From the IMG/VR virus record IMGVR_UViG_3300030102_006903, positions 49,374 to 113,373 of that record: a stretch of DNA of 64,000 nt; one strand, given 5' to 3'. This DNA is from a virus. How positions within the stretch are numbered: position 1 is the first letter of the stretch; each line of letters begins with the position of its first letter. The notes beneath the pieces are model-generated. The model searched no databases. It was not told the DNA's origin and was given only the letters and a program-made list of their open reading frames with translations. Positions 55,301 to 64,000 of the stretch are shown one piece after another. A program made the position numbers and the translations under genes.

Positions 55301-57628
55301 TTATGCCGTAAATGATGCTCCTGTCGGTAAGATGTTGAAATCTAACACGATGAATTCAGCAGTTTTTGTTGGTTGTAAGAAAATCTGTCCAGCCAATATA
55401 TTTCTGTCGATTACATCTGGTGTGTTGTTTGACTCATCCATCACCACTCTAAATGCATACAATCCTTGTCTTTGTTGTATTCCTTCTAAGTAAGGGTTTA
55501 CTGTATTCAAGAATCTACTTCTTGTTTGAGAAGTGTTTTGTTCGAATACTAAGTATCTTGAAGTAGAAGCAATATACTTCTTAACTTTAATTAATAATCT
55601 TCTTACATTAATTCTATCTAATGCAGATGCCTTATCTTGTAAAGTTTTTTGTCCGAAAGCAACGATACCTTCACCTGGGAATTGTGCGATTGGGTTAATC
55701 TTTCCTTCATATAAAGTATCTCTTTCAGCATGTGTTAATCTGTTTAATACAGAAACTGCTCCAACAATTCCACCTCTATTTAATCCAGCAGGTGCAAACC
55801 ATTCTGCTGCGATAGCATCATTTGCTGCGTATATTCCTGGCATCAATACTGATGGTGGAACAGTAGTTAATTTATTCGTGTTTCTATCAATTGTTTTAAC
55901 CCAAGGATAGTAAGTACCAACATAGTTAGAATCTACTGCCTCACCTTGTGTAATTGCCTGAGCGATAGTATCTTCTCCATCTGTTACATCCCCAATAAAG
56001 AATGCATCTTCTCTCGCTTCTACCATATCAGTTACTTTATCAAATACATAAGAATGTAATCTTCTAACAACACCAGGTACAGATACTAAGTTGATATCAA
56101 AATCATCTGGATTAGATACTGCGTTAATTGCTTTTACATAAGCAACTGAACCACTTGCTGTTGAAGTTGATAAATCAAATCCTTGTGAGTTTCCAGCACC
56201 CCAATCAGAATCACCATATTTAGCATCTTTTCTAGTTGGTGTTACACCATCGAATCCACCTTGGAAACCAACGATAAACTGTCTCTTGTTAACATCTGCT
56301 GCGTTTGAACCTGTAAGTGAATATCCAAATGCTTTTGTTCCACCTTGGATAGTTACAGTTCCATCAAATGCAAATACTGTATTTGCACCAACAGTAGCTG
56401 ATGAAGGAATTGGTGCTAGATAATTTGCGTTGTCAATTTTTACAACTGCAGTATCTACATCAATACCACTATATAAGTTTGATTTAGAAGCTGTATTTTC
56501 ATCTGAACCTGTGTTAAATATTACTGCAGGTACCATGTTTTCACTTCCTTCACTACCAACATAGATTGGGTTAGTATATTTTCCATGTCCGAATGGTCCA
56601 GCCGTGATTGGGAATGAACCTTCTTCTACACATTCTACTCTAATAAATTTAGAATAGTTTGGATAATCACCATTCATTGTTTGTTTACCATTTGAATCAA
56701 TAGTAACATTCATATCACCAATTACTTTTTTGATATAGTTTGGTGAAGCTGGGTCTAAGTTAACATTATTAAATGTTTCTAAGACATTTGGTCTTTTATT
56801 TGTGTCTGAGTATTTTCTAACACCAACAGAGAATGTTGCATAATCTGTAGCGTTTGATGAACCAGCAGCTTTAACATTGAAAATGATTATTTTATATTCT
56901 TGGTTATAATTAGAACCATCACCTAAAGTATGGAATCTAAATAAGTCATGTCTTTCACCAGAAATCAACTGTGATTTAATATAAGGAGTTGTTGCGTGTT
57001 GAATATCAGTTGTGAAAGCCTGGTCTGCTAATGTAATTACAGATGCAGATTCTATATTTGAATCTTGTTCTGATGCAAAGTTTTCAAAATAATTATATGC
57101 ATAAACATTTTTCGAACCTCTTGGGTCACCACCAAATACATCAGAGATATCATTTCCTGCTGATGGGTTAGTTGATGCCGAGATTGCACTTGAACCACTA
57201 ATTGTTATAGTGAACTCTGATTTATCTGGTCCTAACGCTTCAAGAGTGGTACCATCATTTGATGTACCGTCTCCATTATGTGTTCCAAATAAAGATGCTA
57301 CAATTTTTTCTCCTGCACTTGAACCACTCACTACAATTGCTTGAGGTCCTGTCTCTGTATAACCACCTACATTACCAACACGAACAATAGTTACTGTTCC
57401 TGCTTCTCTAAGGTAGTTTTGTACGGTATATCCTGTATAGTATTCTCCATTAGGTACACCAAATAAATCTTCAAATTCTGATTGTGTATTTACAACGGTT
57501 GGTACGAAAGCAGGTCCCTTATGGAAAGGTCCAATTACGGCTGCTCCTATTTCACCAATTCCTTGTGCTAAGAAAGAAAGGTCATTTTCTCTCGTAAATA
57601 CACCAGGTGATACAATTTTTTCTGCCAT
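55301..57628 (-). CDS. contractile tail sheath protein (T4 gp18-like)
   Basis: SPGVFTRE.D, YYPW, WFAPAGLNRG, INPI, GQKT, RINVRRL, FEQN. Confidence 0.95.
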   Translation of the reverse strand: MAEKIVSPGVFTRENDLSFLAQGIGEIGAAVIGPFHKGPAFVPTVVNTQSEFEDLFGVPNGEYYTGYTVQNYLREAGTVTIVRVGNVGGYTETGPQAIVVSGSSAGEKIVASLFGTHNGDGTSNDGTTLEALGPDKSEFTITISGSSAISASTNPSAGNDISDVFGGDPRGSKNVYAYNYFENFASEQDSNIESASVITLADQAFTTDIQHATTPYIKSQLISGERHDLFRFHTLGDGSNYNQEYKIIIFNVKAAGSSNATDYATFSVGVRKYSDTNKRPNVLETFNNVNLDPASPNYIKKVIGDMNVTIDSNGKQTMNGDYPNYSKFIRVECVEEGSFPITAGPFGHGKYTNPIYVGSEGSENMVPAVIFNTGSDENTASKSNLYSGIDVDTAVVKIDNANYLAPIPSSATVGANTVFAFDGTVTIQGGTKAFGYSLTGSNAADVNKRQFIVGFQGGFDGVTPTRKDAKYGDSDWGAGNSQGFDLSTSTASGSVAYVKAINAVSNPDDFDINLVSVPGVVRRLHSYVFDKVTDMVEAREDAFFIGDVTDGEDTIAQAITQGEAVDSNYVGTYYPWVKTIDRNTNKLTTVPPSVLMPGIYAANDAIAAEWFAPAGLNRGGIVGAVSVLNRLTHAERDTLYEGKINPIAQFPGEGIVAFGQKTLQDKASALDRINVRRLLIKVKKYIASTSRYLVFEQNTSQTRSRFLNTVNPYLEGIQQRQGLYAFRVVMDESNNTPDVIDRNILAGQIFLQPTKTAEFIVLDFNILPTGASFTA

Positions 57629-57669
57629 TTTTATTACTCCTTGTTAATTTTTGTATATTAATACTCTTA

Positions 57670-57683
57670 TATAAGTATAAATA
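57670..57683 (-). promoter_or_regulatory. putative late promoter motif TATTTATA on the coding strand (representative copy upstream of the sheath gene)
   Basis: The same octamer occurs at 2600, 30485, 32040, 34239, 38370, 53639, 54668, 58031, 59397 and 60901, always just upstream of a gene start. Confidence 0.6.
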
Positions 57684-57697
57684 ACTTTTTCCAAAGA

Positions 57698-58000
57698 TTA
57701 TTTTTTATCCTCGGAAGAGTTTGTTTTTTCTTCTTTTTCTTGTGGAATGAATGTATTTGTGTTTGGGTCGTAGTTTCCATCACCATATTTTTCATTCAAT
57801 CCTTTAAAAATATCTTGTTCTAATTTAACAAGATTTGAATGTTTCTCAATTAGTTCTTTTTCCATATTGTCAATCTCAGATAATCTTCTTTGTTTTTCAA
57901 TTTGTACTTGTCCTAATTGTGTAAATACACCAGCAACATCTGTTCTCAACTGGTTTATTTGTGAAACTTCTTCTTCTGTAAACTTAATTTCGTTTGCCAT
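57698..58000 (-). CDS. coiled-coil hypothetical protein
   Basis: 100 aa helical protein; L.EKYG.G..D motif. Confidence 0.7.
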   Translation of the reverse strand: MANEIKFTEEEVSQINQLRTDVAGVFTQLGQVQIEKQRRLSEIDNMEKELIEKHSNLVKLEQDIFKGLNEKYGDGNYDPNTNTFIPQEKEEKTNSSEDKK

Positions 58001-58061
58001 TTTGATATATTTTAGTTAACTATTTGTATATATAAATATATAGTTTTTTTCAAAACATAAA

Positions 58062-59378
58062 TTATGAAACCGTAAATGTTAGTGTTGAACTATAATTACT
58101 CAACAATCCATTTGTACCATATTGTCTAACTCTCGCATATCGTGTACCTGTTCCTATATCGAAGGAACCAGCATCAGTAGTTGTAACGAGTGTTGTTTCA
58201 GACCATTGTGTTTGACTTATAAGTGGTGAACTAAAATTAGAATTATCATCTATTTGTACATCAAATACATCATTTGTACCATCACCATCCCATGAAAGAG
58301 TTAATGTACCATTTGTCCATGCAAGGTTTGTTGGTGCATTTGGTGCAGTTTCATCTGTATGTGTATTACCACCTTTATTGTGTGTGATATATCCATTAAC
58401 TAGATAAGTATCATCTTGTTCAACATCGATAGAAACAATCTCAACTGTTTTTTCAACAACTTCAATTGAATCAACATTAATTTCAGTAATTGTACCAGAG
58501 ATATCTCTGATTAATTTATCATTAGTATTAATGTTAAACATTTCTTTAAATCTATATTCACCATCATTTCCATCTTTCACTAACATAGGGTGTTCTGATG
58601 TTGCAGTAACTTCCCCATCATTTATATCATAATATTTGTTAGCAAATGAATATGTAATGCCAACAAGTGTTACATCTTTACCAGTTGTACCTAGAGTATC
58701 AGATGACCATTCTAAGAAATTTGATTCATCAATACCTAAACCTGTGATTGCATATCCTTGTAGTAAATCCCCTTCTTCTAAATCTCCAACTTCTACAATA
58801 GTTCCATCTGCAAGTGTTACTGGTGAATCAATAGTTAAACATAACGCTGCTGAGTTTCCATCATAAGAATCTACTGAATATACAGTTTTAGTTCTTGCAC
58901 TATTATAATTTGTTGCATGGTCATTATATGTATCTGCATATGTTACAGAAAGTGTATGTGATTGTGCACCCAAAAGTGAAGTTTGTGAACTAGCACCTTG
59001 TGGATTCATAGCTCCAATCGAAATATCATTCTGATAATCAGCATTTGTTTCAAGTTCTAAAAAACCTGCCGTATCTCCTGCTGAATTAAATGCTGGTGAT
59101 ACTGCCCATGTGAAATTTCCTGCTTTTCCTTTTAGAATAGAAAACTTATTTCCTTCACCACTAAAACCTAATGTATATGTTTCAGTTGTAGATTCAACTG
59201 CATAAGTAAAACCTGTGATTGAACCTACTGAATCAATACCATAACCAGACATTGAAACAATTGTTCCAGCACTCGCATTAAGTGCATTTAGTGATATACC
59301 ACTACCAGTATCAGTAGTTCTTACTGCTGTACCTAGATTTTTTAAACTGAGTGTATCACCTGATGAAATTGTTGCCAT
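58062..59378 (-). CDS. putative virion protein with an internal Hint (intein-like) domain and a C-terminal FN3-like domain
   Basis: C|LTIDSPVTLADG...TSEHPM...IDVEQDDTYLVNGYITHN|K, then APNAPTNL...W...Y.RVR. Confidence 0.8.
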   Translation of the reverse strand: MATISSGDTLSLKNLGTAVRTTDTGSGISLNALNASAGTIVSMSGYGIDSVGSITGFTYAVESTTETYTLGFSGEGNKFSILKGKAGNFTWAVSPAFNSAGDTAGFLELETNADYQNDISIGAMNPQGASSQTSLLGAQSHTLSVTYADTYNDHATNYNSARTKTVYSVDSYDGNSAALCLTIDSPVTLADGTIVEVGDLEEGDLLQGYAITGLGIDESNFLEWSSDTLGTTGKDVTLVGITYSFANKYYDINDGEVTATSEHPMLVKDGNDGEYRFKEMFNINTNDKLIRDISGTITEINVDSIEVVEKTVEIVSIDVEQDDTYLVNGYITHNKGGNTHTDETAPNAPTNLAWTNGTLTLSWDGDGTNDVFDVQIDDNSNFSSPLISQTQWSETTLVTTTDAGSFDIGTGTRYARVRQYGTNGLLSNYSSTLTFTVS

Positions 59379-59388
59379 ATATGAATTC

Positions 59389-60384
59389 CTATATATTATA
59401 AATATTAAGCAAATCTCTTACCCATTCTTCTTTCTTTGTGAAATTGTCTATCATAAATGATTTAATCGTTTTAAACCATTTTTCTTTTTCCTCATAAGAA
59501 GTTTTACTTAACCGTATATAAATATCCTTAAAATCTTTTTTAGATGATGCTCGGTATGGATAATCTAATTCTTTACACCACGATTCATGAATAATTGGTA
59601 TTTTTCCATAATCAACTGCTTCAAATATTCCATAACCAAATGGTTCATCATTAAAACATGAATGAGAGATTCCCCAATCCATATTATAAAATTTATCCTT
59701 AAACTCAGATTTGTAATGATATAATTTTGATTTAGAAGTATCTACCTTAACACCTTGTTTCCAAATCACATTAAATTCCTTTGAGTTTGTGAATATGTAC
59801 GATGGTATTTCGTCAACATATCTTGGATTTTTTCTACCCTCACATCTAGCTGCAAATCCTAAAGTATTTGATTTACTTAGAGGTAGGTTTTTTTTAAATT
59901 CATAAAAATTTCTAATATTTTTATTTTGATATTGTATATCATATAAACCTACCCATATAGAATGTGTTGCAAGTTGATTGATTCTTTTTTCCCAACTAGA
60001 ATCTAAATAAGGATGCCAAACAAAACTAGAATCATCTCCCATCTGAGATTTAATAATATGATTTACTGAATTATGTAAAACATTAGAATGAATTTTATCT
60101 TTATTATCTTCTAATACTTTCATTGGGGTATAATGACCATGTAAAATATTTATTCTTCTTGCATTTTTACAAAGATTTTCTGCAAACTTTACATCATCAC
60201 CATGCCAATGAGCTTCTATTGGAAATTTATATTCTTCGTGACCTGGTGGTTTATTTCTATGAATTAAAAGTATTGGTTTTATTTTAAGATGTGGTGCTAC
60301 TAATTCCAACCATAGATTAACCCATGTATCAGTTCCAGCGTTTACCCATGGTCCTCCGCCAGTTGTATAATAAACATCATACAT
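59389..60384 (-). CDS. GT-B glycosyltransferase-like protein inside the tail module
   Basis: R..GRKN and EPFGYGIFEAVDYG.IPII. Confidence 0.75.
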   Translation of the reverse strand: MYDVYYTTGGGPWVNAGTDTWVNLWLELVAPHLKIKPILLIHRNKPPGHEEYKFPIEAHWHGDDVKFAENLCKNARRINILHGHYTPMKVLEDNKDKIHSNVLHNSVNHIIKSQMGDDSSFVWHPYLDSSWEKRINQLATHSIWVGLYDIQYQNKNIRNFYEFKKNLPLSKSNTLGFAARCEGRKNPRYVDEIPSYIFTNSKEFNVIWKQGVKVDTSKSKLYHYKSEFKDKFYNMDWGISHSCFNDEPFGYGIFEAVDYGKIPIIHESWCKELDYPYRASSKKDFKDIYIRLSKTSYEEKEKWFKTIKSFMIDNFTKKEEWVRDLLNIYNI

Positions 60385-60387
60385 ATT

Positions 60388-60864
60388 TTATTTTTTTACG
60401 ATTATTATTCCTGCAAAAGTTGTAGAAAAATCAACAGTTACTCTATTTGATGAATTTGTTGTTATAGAATTAGGTAGTTCTTGTTTTGAAGTTGCAGTAT
60501 TCCATGCTTGAACAATTGGATATTGTTCACCTAAGTTGTGGTCTACTGTATATGAAGATGCACCAGTCACCGTTTCTTTATGTGTTGTTAAATCGGTTAT
60601 TTGAGATGAACCACTAACAACTCCATTTGTTGAACCAATTGAACCAATGACTCTACCGAATGAACCAGTAGCTGTAAGTGTAAAAGAACCAGTTGTTATA
60701 GAATCAGTAGTAACTATTTGTTGAATAGTTGATGAACCATCATTCTTTTCAAAGAATATTCTACCATCGTATGTATTAATCGCTAATTCACCTAATTGCA
60801 AATTAGATGTTGAAGGTGCTTTACCCTCTACTGAAGTTCTTTTTAGTTTAATTAATTGTGCCAT
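60388..60864 (-). CDS. short tail-fibre-associated protein (Mtd/hyaluronidase-type N-terminal module)
   Basis: IKLKR......P....L.LGELAINT.DG, and HNLG..YP.VQ. Confidence 0.7.
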   Translation of the reverse strand: MAQLIKLKRTSVEGKAPSTSNLQLGELAINTYDGRIFFEKNDGSSTIQQIVTTDSITTGSFTLTATGSFGRVIGSIGSTNGVVSGSSQITDLTTHKETVTGASSYTVDHNLGEQYPIVQAWNTATSKQELPNSITTNSSNRVTVDFSTTFAGIIIVKK

Positions 60865-60969
60865 ATATATGACTTTTCTTTTAAATTATATAATTTTACC
60901 TATAAATACAAACCTTTATATAAAGATATATATGTATCTATCAATTTATTTTGAAAACAATTACCTTAT

Positions 60970-63900
60970 TTAAGATATTTTGTTTTCTAACTCTTCTATT
61001 CTTTGAATTAATTCTTTATTAGATTCGATAAGAAGAGCTACAATTTTTTCGTATTTAACAGCTTTGAAACCATTATCTCTTGTTTCAACTATTTCAGGTA
61101 ATACTTTTTCAATTTCTTGTGCAATAACACCAATATCGTGGTTACCTTTAAATATTTCATGTTTATCATTCCAATCAAAAGTATATCCACCTATTTGTTT
61201 GATTTTTTCATTTGGATTCTGAATTGGAATAATATTATCTTTATATCTTTCATCCGAAGATGCGAATGCTACAACATCTCCTCCAGCATTAAGTGCCCCA
61301 CTTAAACCAATACCACCTGTAACTTTTAGTGCTCCAGTCGTTTTGGATGTTGAAGCGGTTGAATTAGAAATAGTAACCGCAGCTGAGAATGTCTTAGCTC
61401 CACTAAATGTTTGTGTTCCACTTAGGTGTGCGGTATCTGAATCTAAATTAGCAGATGGAAGAACACCAGTAACATCAGTTGTTAAATCAATTTGATTTCT
61501 TGTTATTGTTTGTCCACTAATTGTTATATAATCATATGAACCACCAAGAGATACATCAGTTGAATTATCAGTTCCAGCAGCATCTACTCCTATCGTACTT
61601 CTTACTTCCGCTGCTGTAATACCAGAAACTAAAGCTGGTGTACCAGAATTATCTTTAATTGCTGGTGCAACATAGTTTGTTGTAGAAGTAACATCAATTT
61701 GAGATGAACCACTTACAACACCAGTTCCACCAAATAAAGTTTGGTCACTAATACTACCACCTAAAGAAACAGATGTTCCACTTATAGTAATAGCACTATT
61801 TGATAATTTACCATTTGCAATTGAACCAGCCAACTGAGCGTTTGTAATAGTACCAGTTAAATTAGAAGTTGCGTAACCAGTTGCATCTTGTAAATCAAAT
61901 GCTGGTGTTGCATCAGTATCACCTAATGAGAAACTAATACCACCAATACTAATACTTGAATTTGCTAATTTAGAATTTGCTATTGAACCTGCTAGTTGTG
62001 AATTTGCTATATTTGTTATTTGTGATGAACCAGAAACTACTCCACCTATTAATTCAGCAGAGATAGTGTCTCCACTAAGAATCATATTAACTTCACTTGT
62101 ATCAGATACTGCAAGATTTGTATCATCTGATATATCTATTTGACCAAGTGTAATTTCTTGACCTGATAAAGATAAATAGTTATATGATGAATCATCTAAT
62201 GTTACATCAGTTGAGTTATCTGTACCTGCTGCATCAACACCTAATGTTGTTCTTGCGTTTGATGCTGCTGCATCATCAATAAGTGATTTACCAAATGCTG
62301 ATATTGTTGTGTTTGCTGGTAAAGAAAATGTTTTTATATCTGAATCTACATTACCAACTGTTAAAATTTCGTTTTCTGAATCTTTTGCTCCTGCTTTCCA
62401 AAAGTCATTGGAAGTATCCCAAAGTAATGAACCACTATTTGTTGTTCCTACTGCATCTCTTACATAAATACCACCATTTGCTCCAGCAGAACCATTTAGT
62501 TCTATAATATTATCACCAATTTGTAATACTGAAGATGAAATGAATGATGTTTCACCATTTACTGTCAAATCACCAGATAATGTTAAATTAGCAAATTGTA
62601 CATTATTAGTTGTTTGAACATCTTGGTTCATGGCGTAAAGTTCGTTATCACCTTGACCAGTATTTACTTTGGTAGCATTTACTACACTATTAAATGTAGC
62701 CTCACCCGCTTCGGACATATCTAAAAGTAAAGCATCTATGGTTCCACCACCATCTTGTCCTCTGAATATTATATCTTCATTATTAGCTTCTGATTTAATA
62801 ATAAAATCTGAAGAATCTCTTTTAAATCTACCAAATGCAGTTCCACCATCTTTTAATACAATATCAGTACCATCTACATCTATATTTAAATCACCACCTA
62901 TATCTAAGGTTAAATCACCACTATCTGAAATTGTAGAACCATTTATATTAATATCATCTACTGTTAATGTAGTAAGAGTACCTAAAGATGTAATGTTTGG
63001 TTGAGCTGCTGTTGTAAGTGTTACATCTGCTACTTGTGCAGAACCTGATACTACACCTCCAATCAATTCAGCTGAAAGTGTATCTCCACTTAAAATCATA
63101 TTTACTTCTGAAGTATCAGAAACAGCTAAGTTAGTATTACTTGAAATATCAATTGAAGATAAAGTTGCTACTGAACCTAATCCTAATGTTGTTCTTGCAG
63201 TACTTGCATCAGAATCATCTATTAGAGATAAACCAAATGTACTAAACGAACCTGTAAATGAATTAAGTGAATCGTTTTTGTAATCTGAATCTACATTTAA
63301 AGTTCTTGTTGATGCGATTGTACCACCACCATTTAAACCAGTACCAGCGGTTATTGATACTGAAGAGTGGTCTATGTGTTCGTTTGCAACGAAACCAATT
63401 GTTGAATCGTGTGATACTTGTGCTGAACCAGTTACTACTCCTACTCCACCAAATAAGGTTTCATCGGTTATAGAACCACCAAGAGATACAGATGTTCCAC
63501 TAATTGTTATTGCTGAATTTGCTAATTTACCATTTGCAATTGAACCAGCTAATTGTGCATTTGTTATTGTACCACTTAAATTAGAAGTTGCATATCCTGT
63601 CGAATCTGATAAATCAAAAGCAGGAGTAGCATCAGTATCTCCTAGTGAAAAACTAATTCCACCTATACTAATACTTGAGTTTGCTAATTTATCGTTTGCT
63701 ATTGAACCAGCTAATTGGGAATTAGCTATATTGGTTATTTGTGCGGAACCAGTTACTACACCAGTACCACCAAATAAAGTTTCATCTGTTATAGCACCAC
63801 CAAGGGAAACTGAAGTTCCACTAATAGTAATTGCTGAATTTGCTAACTTACCATTTGCAATAGAACCATCTAACATCGCATTGGTTACACCACCTGCCTT

Positions 63901-63999
63901 AACTCTAACTGTATCTGAATTTATCTCAAGAGATGAATCATCAACATTAACTGCTAAAGAAACTGTACCAGTTGTACCTCCACCAGTTAAACCATCACC
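60970..63999 (-). CDS. long tail fibre with C-terminal peptidase S74 intramolecular chaperone (5' end lies beyond the window)
   Basis: Frame is open to the window end (GDGLTGGGTTG...); S/G/T-rich repeats; SDERYKDNI...GVIAQEIEKVLPE.V...V.Y..IV.LLIE..KEL. Confidence 0.9.
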   Translation of the reverse strand, partial: GDGLTGGGTTGTVSLAVNVDDSSLEINSDTVRVKAGGVTNAMLDGSIANGKLANSAITISGTSVSLGGAITDETLFGGTGVVTGSAQITNIANSQLAGSIANDKLANSSISIGGISFSLGDTDATPAFDLSDSTGYATSNLSGTITNAQLAGSIANGKLANSAITISGTSVSLGGSITDETLFGGVGVVTGSAQVSHDSTIGFVANEHIDHSSVSITAGTGLNGGGTIASTRTLNVDSDYKNDSLNSFTGSFSTFGLSLIDDSDASTARTTLGLGSVATLSSIDISSNTNLAVSDTSEVNMILSGDTLSAELIGGVVSGSAQVADVTLTTAAQPNITSLGTLTTLTVDDININGSTISDSGDLTLDIGGDLNIDVDGTDIVLKDGGTAFGRFKRDSSDFIIKSEANNEDIIFRGQDGGGTIDALLLDMSEAGEATFNSVVNATKVNTGQGDNELYAMNQDVQTTNNVQFANLTLSGDLTVNGETSFISSSVLQIGDNIIELNGSAGANGGIYVRDAVGTTNSGSLLWDTSNDFWKAGAKDSENEILTVGNVDSDIKTFSLPANTTISAFGKSLIDDAAASNARTTLGVDAAGTDNSTDVTLDDSSYNYLSLSGQEITLGQIDISDDTNLAVSDTSEVNMILSGDTISAELIGGVVSGSSQITNIANSQLAGSIANSKLANSSISIGGISFSLGDTDATPAFDLQDATGYATSNLTGTITNAQLAGSIANGKLSNSAITISGTSVSLGGSISDQTLFGGTGVVSGSSQIDVTSTTNYVAPAIKDNSGTPALVSGITAAEVRSTIGVDAAGTDNSTDVSLGGSYDYITISGQTITRNQIDLTTDVTGVLPSANLDSDTAHLSGTQTFSGAKTFSAAVTISNSTASTSKTTGALKVTGGIGLSGALNAGGDVVAFASSDERYKDNIIPIQNPNEKIKQIGGYTFDWNDKHEIFKGNHDIGVIAQEIEKVLPEIVETRDNGFKAVKYEKIVALLIESNKELIQRIEELENKIS
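61700..63870 (-). repeat. modular intragenic repeats in the tail fibre
   Basis: A ~105 aa block (ITNIANSQLAGSIAN...SLGDTDATPAFDL...TLFGG.GVV.GS.Q) at about 63420-63740 and 61700-62020. DTSEVNMILSGDT, SLIDD..AS.ARTTLG and GVDAAGTDNSTDV each occur twice. Confidence 0.85.
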
Positions 64000-64000
64000 A

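Noticed and set aside
420-63473. All + strand ORFs in the track (e.g. 22400-23080, 52876-53292, 55533-55910)
   Set aside because: They are antisense shadows of well-supported minus-strand genes, with no recognisable motifs or RBS.
1-64000. Stop-codon reassignment (TAG or TGA recoding)
   Set aside because: Genes are intact under code 11, and both TAG (e.g. 20088, 50958, 59389) and TGA (e.g. 6095, 53877) end genes at sensible positions.
60970-64000. Diversity-generating retroelement at the tail fibre repeats
   Set aside because: No reverse transcriptase is in the window, and repeat differences are mainly synonymous rather than adenine-specific.
1-64000. tRNA or rRNA genes
   Set aside because: Intergenic gaps are short and AT-rich, with no cloverleaf or T-loop signature seen.

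Overview
This 64 kb, roughly 30% GC window is a segment of a large T4-like myovirus genome. Every credible gene is on the minus strand; the + strand ORFs are antisense shadows. The host is very probably a Bacteroidota (Flavobacteriia-like) bacterium. Evidence: 13 promoters match the Bacteroidota TTTG-N20-TAnnTTTG consensus, and the phage encodes a Bacteroidota-type TonB-dependent receptor and an Hc1-like histone. In transcription order (right to left) the modules are: tail fibres, sheath, tube, tape measure and baseplate (64000-45186); accessory and repair genes (2OG dioxygenase, 3'-phosphatase, B12 radical SAM, NEIL1-like glycosylase, PolA-like, lipoprotein nuclease, beta-helix protein); recombination and replication (gp32, RecA, flap nuclease, DnaB, NrdAB, PolB, clamp, clamp loader); and glycosyltransferases. 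The best candidate for an undescribed system is an operon just upstream of the polymerase: a dCMP-type thymidylate-synthase homologue, an asparagine-synthetase-like amidotransferase, a PLP enzyme and an amino-methyltransferase (a paralogue lies after the clamp), suggesting a new DNA base hypermodification pathway. Other notable points: a phage-borne TonB receptor plus lipoprotein nuclease, a eukaryote-like NEIL1 repair set, a gene-32-type pseudoknot, a +1 tail-chaperone frameshift, a Hint domain in a tail-region protein, Shine-Dalgarno use biased to late genes, and strong GATC avoidance. All family calls come from motif recognition by eye; no searches were run.
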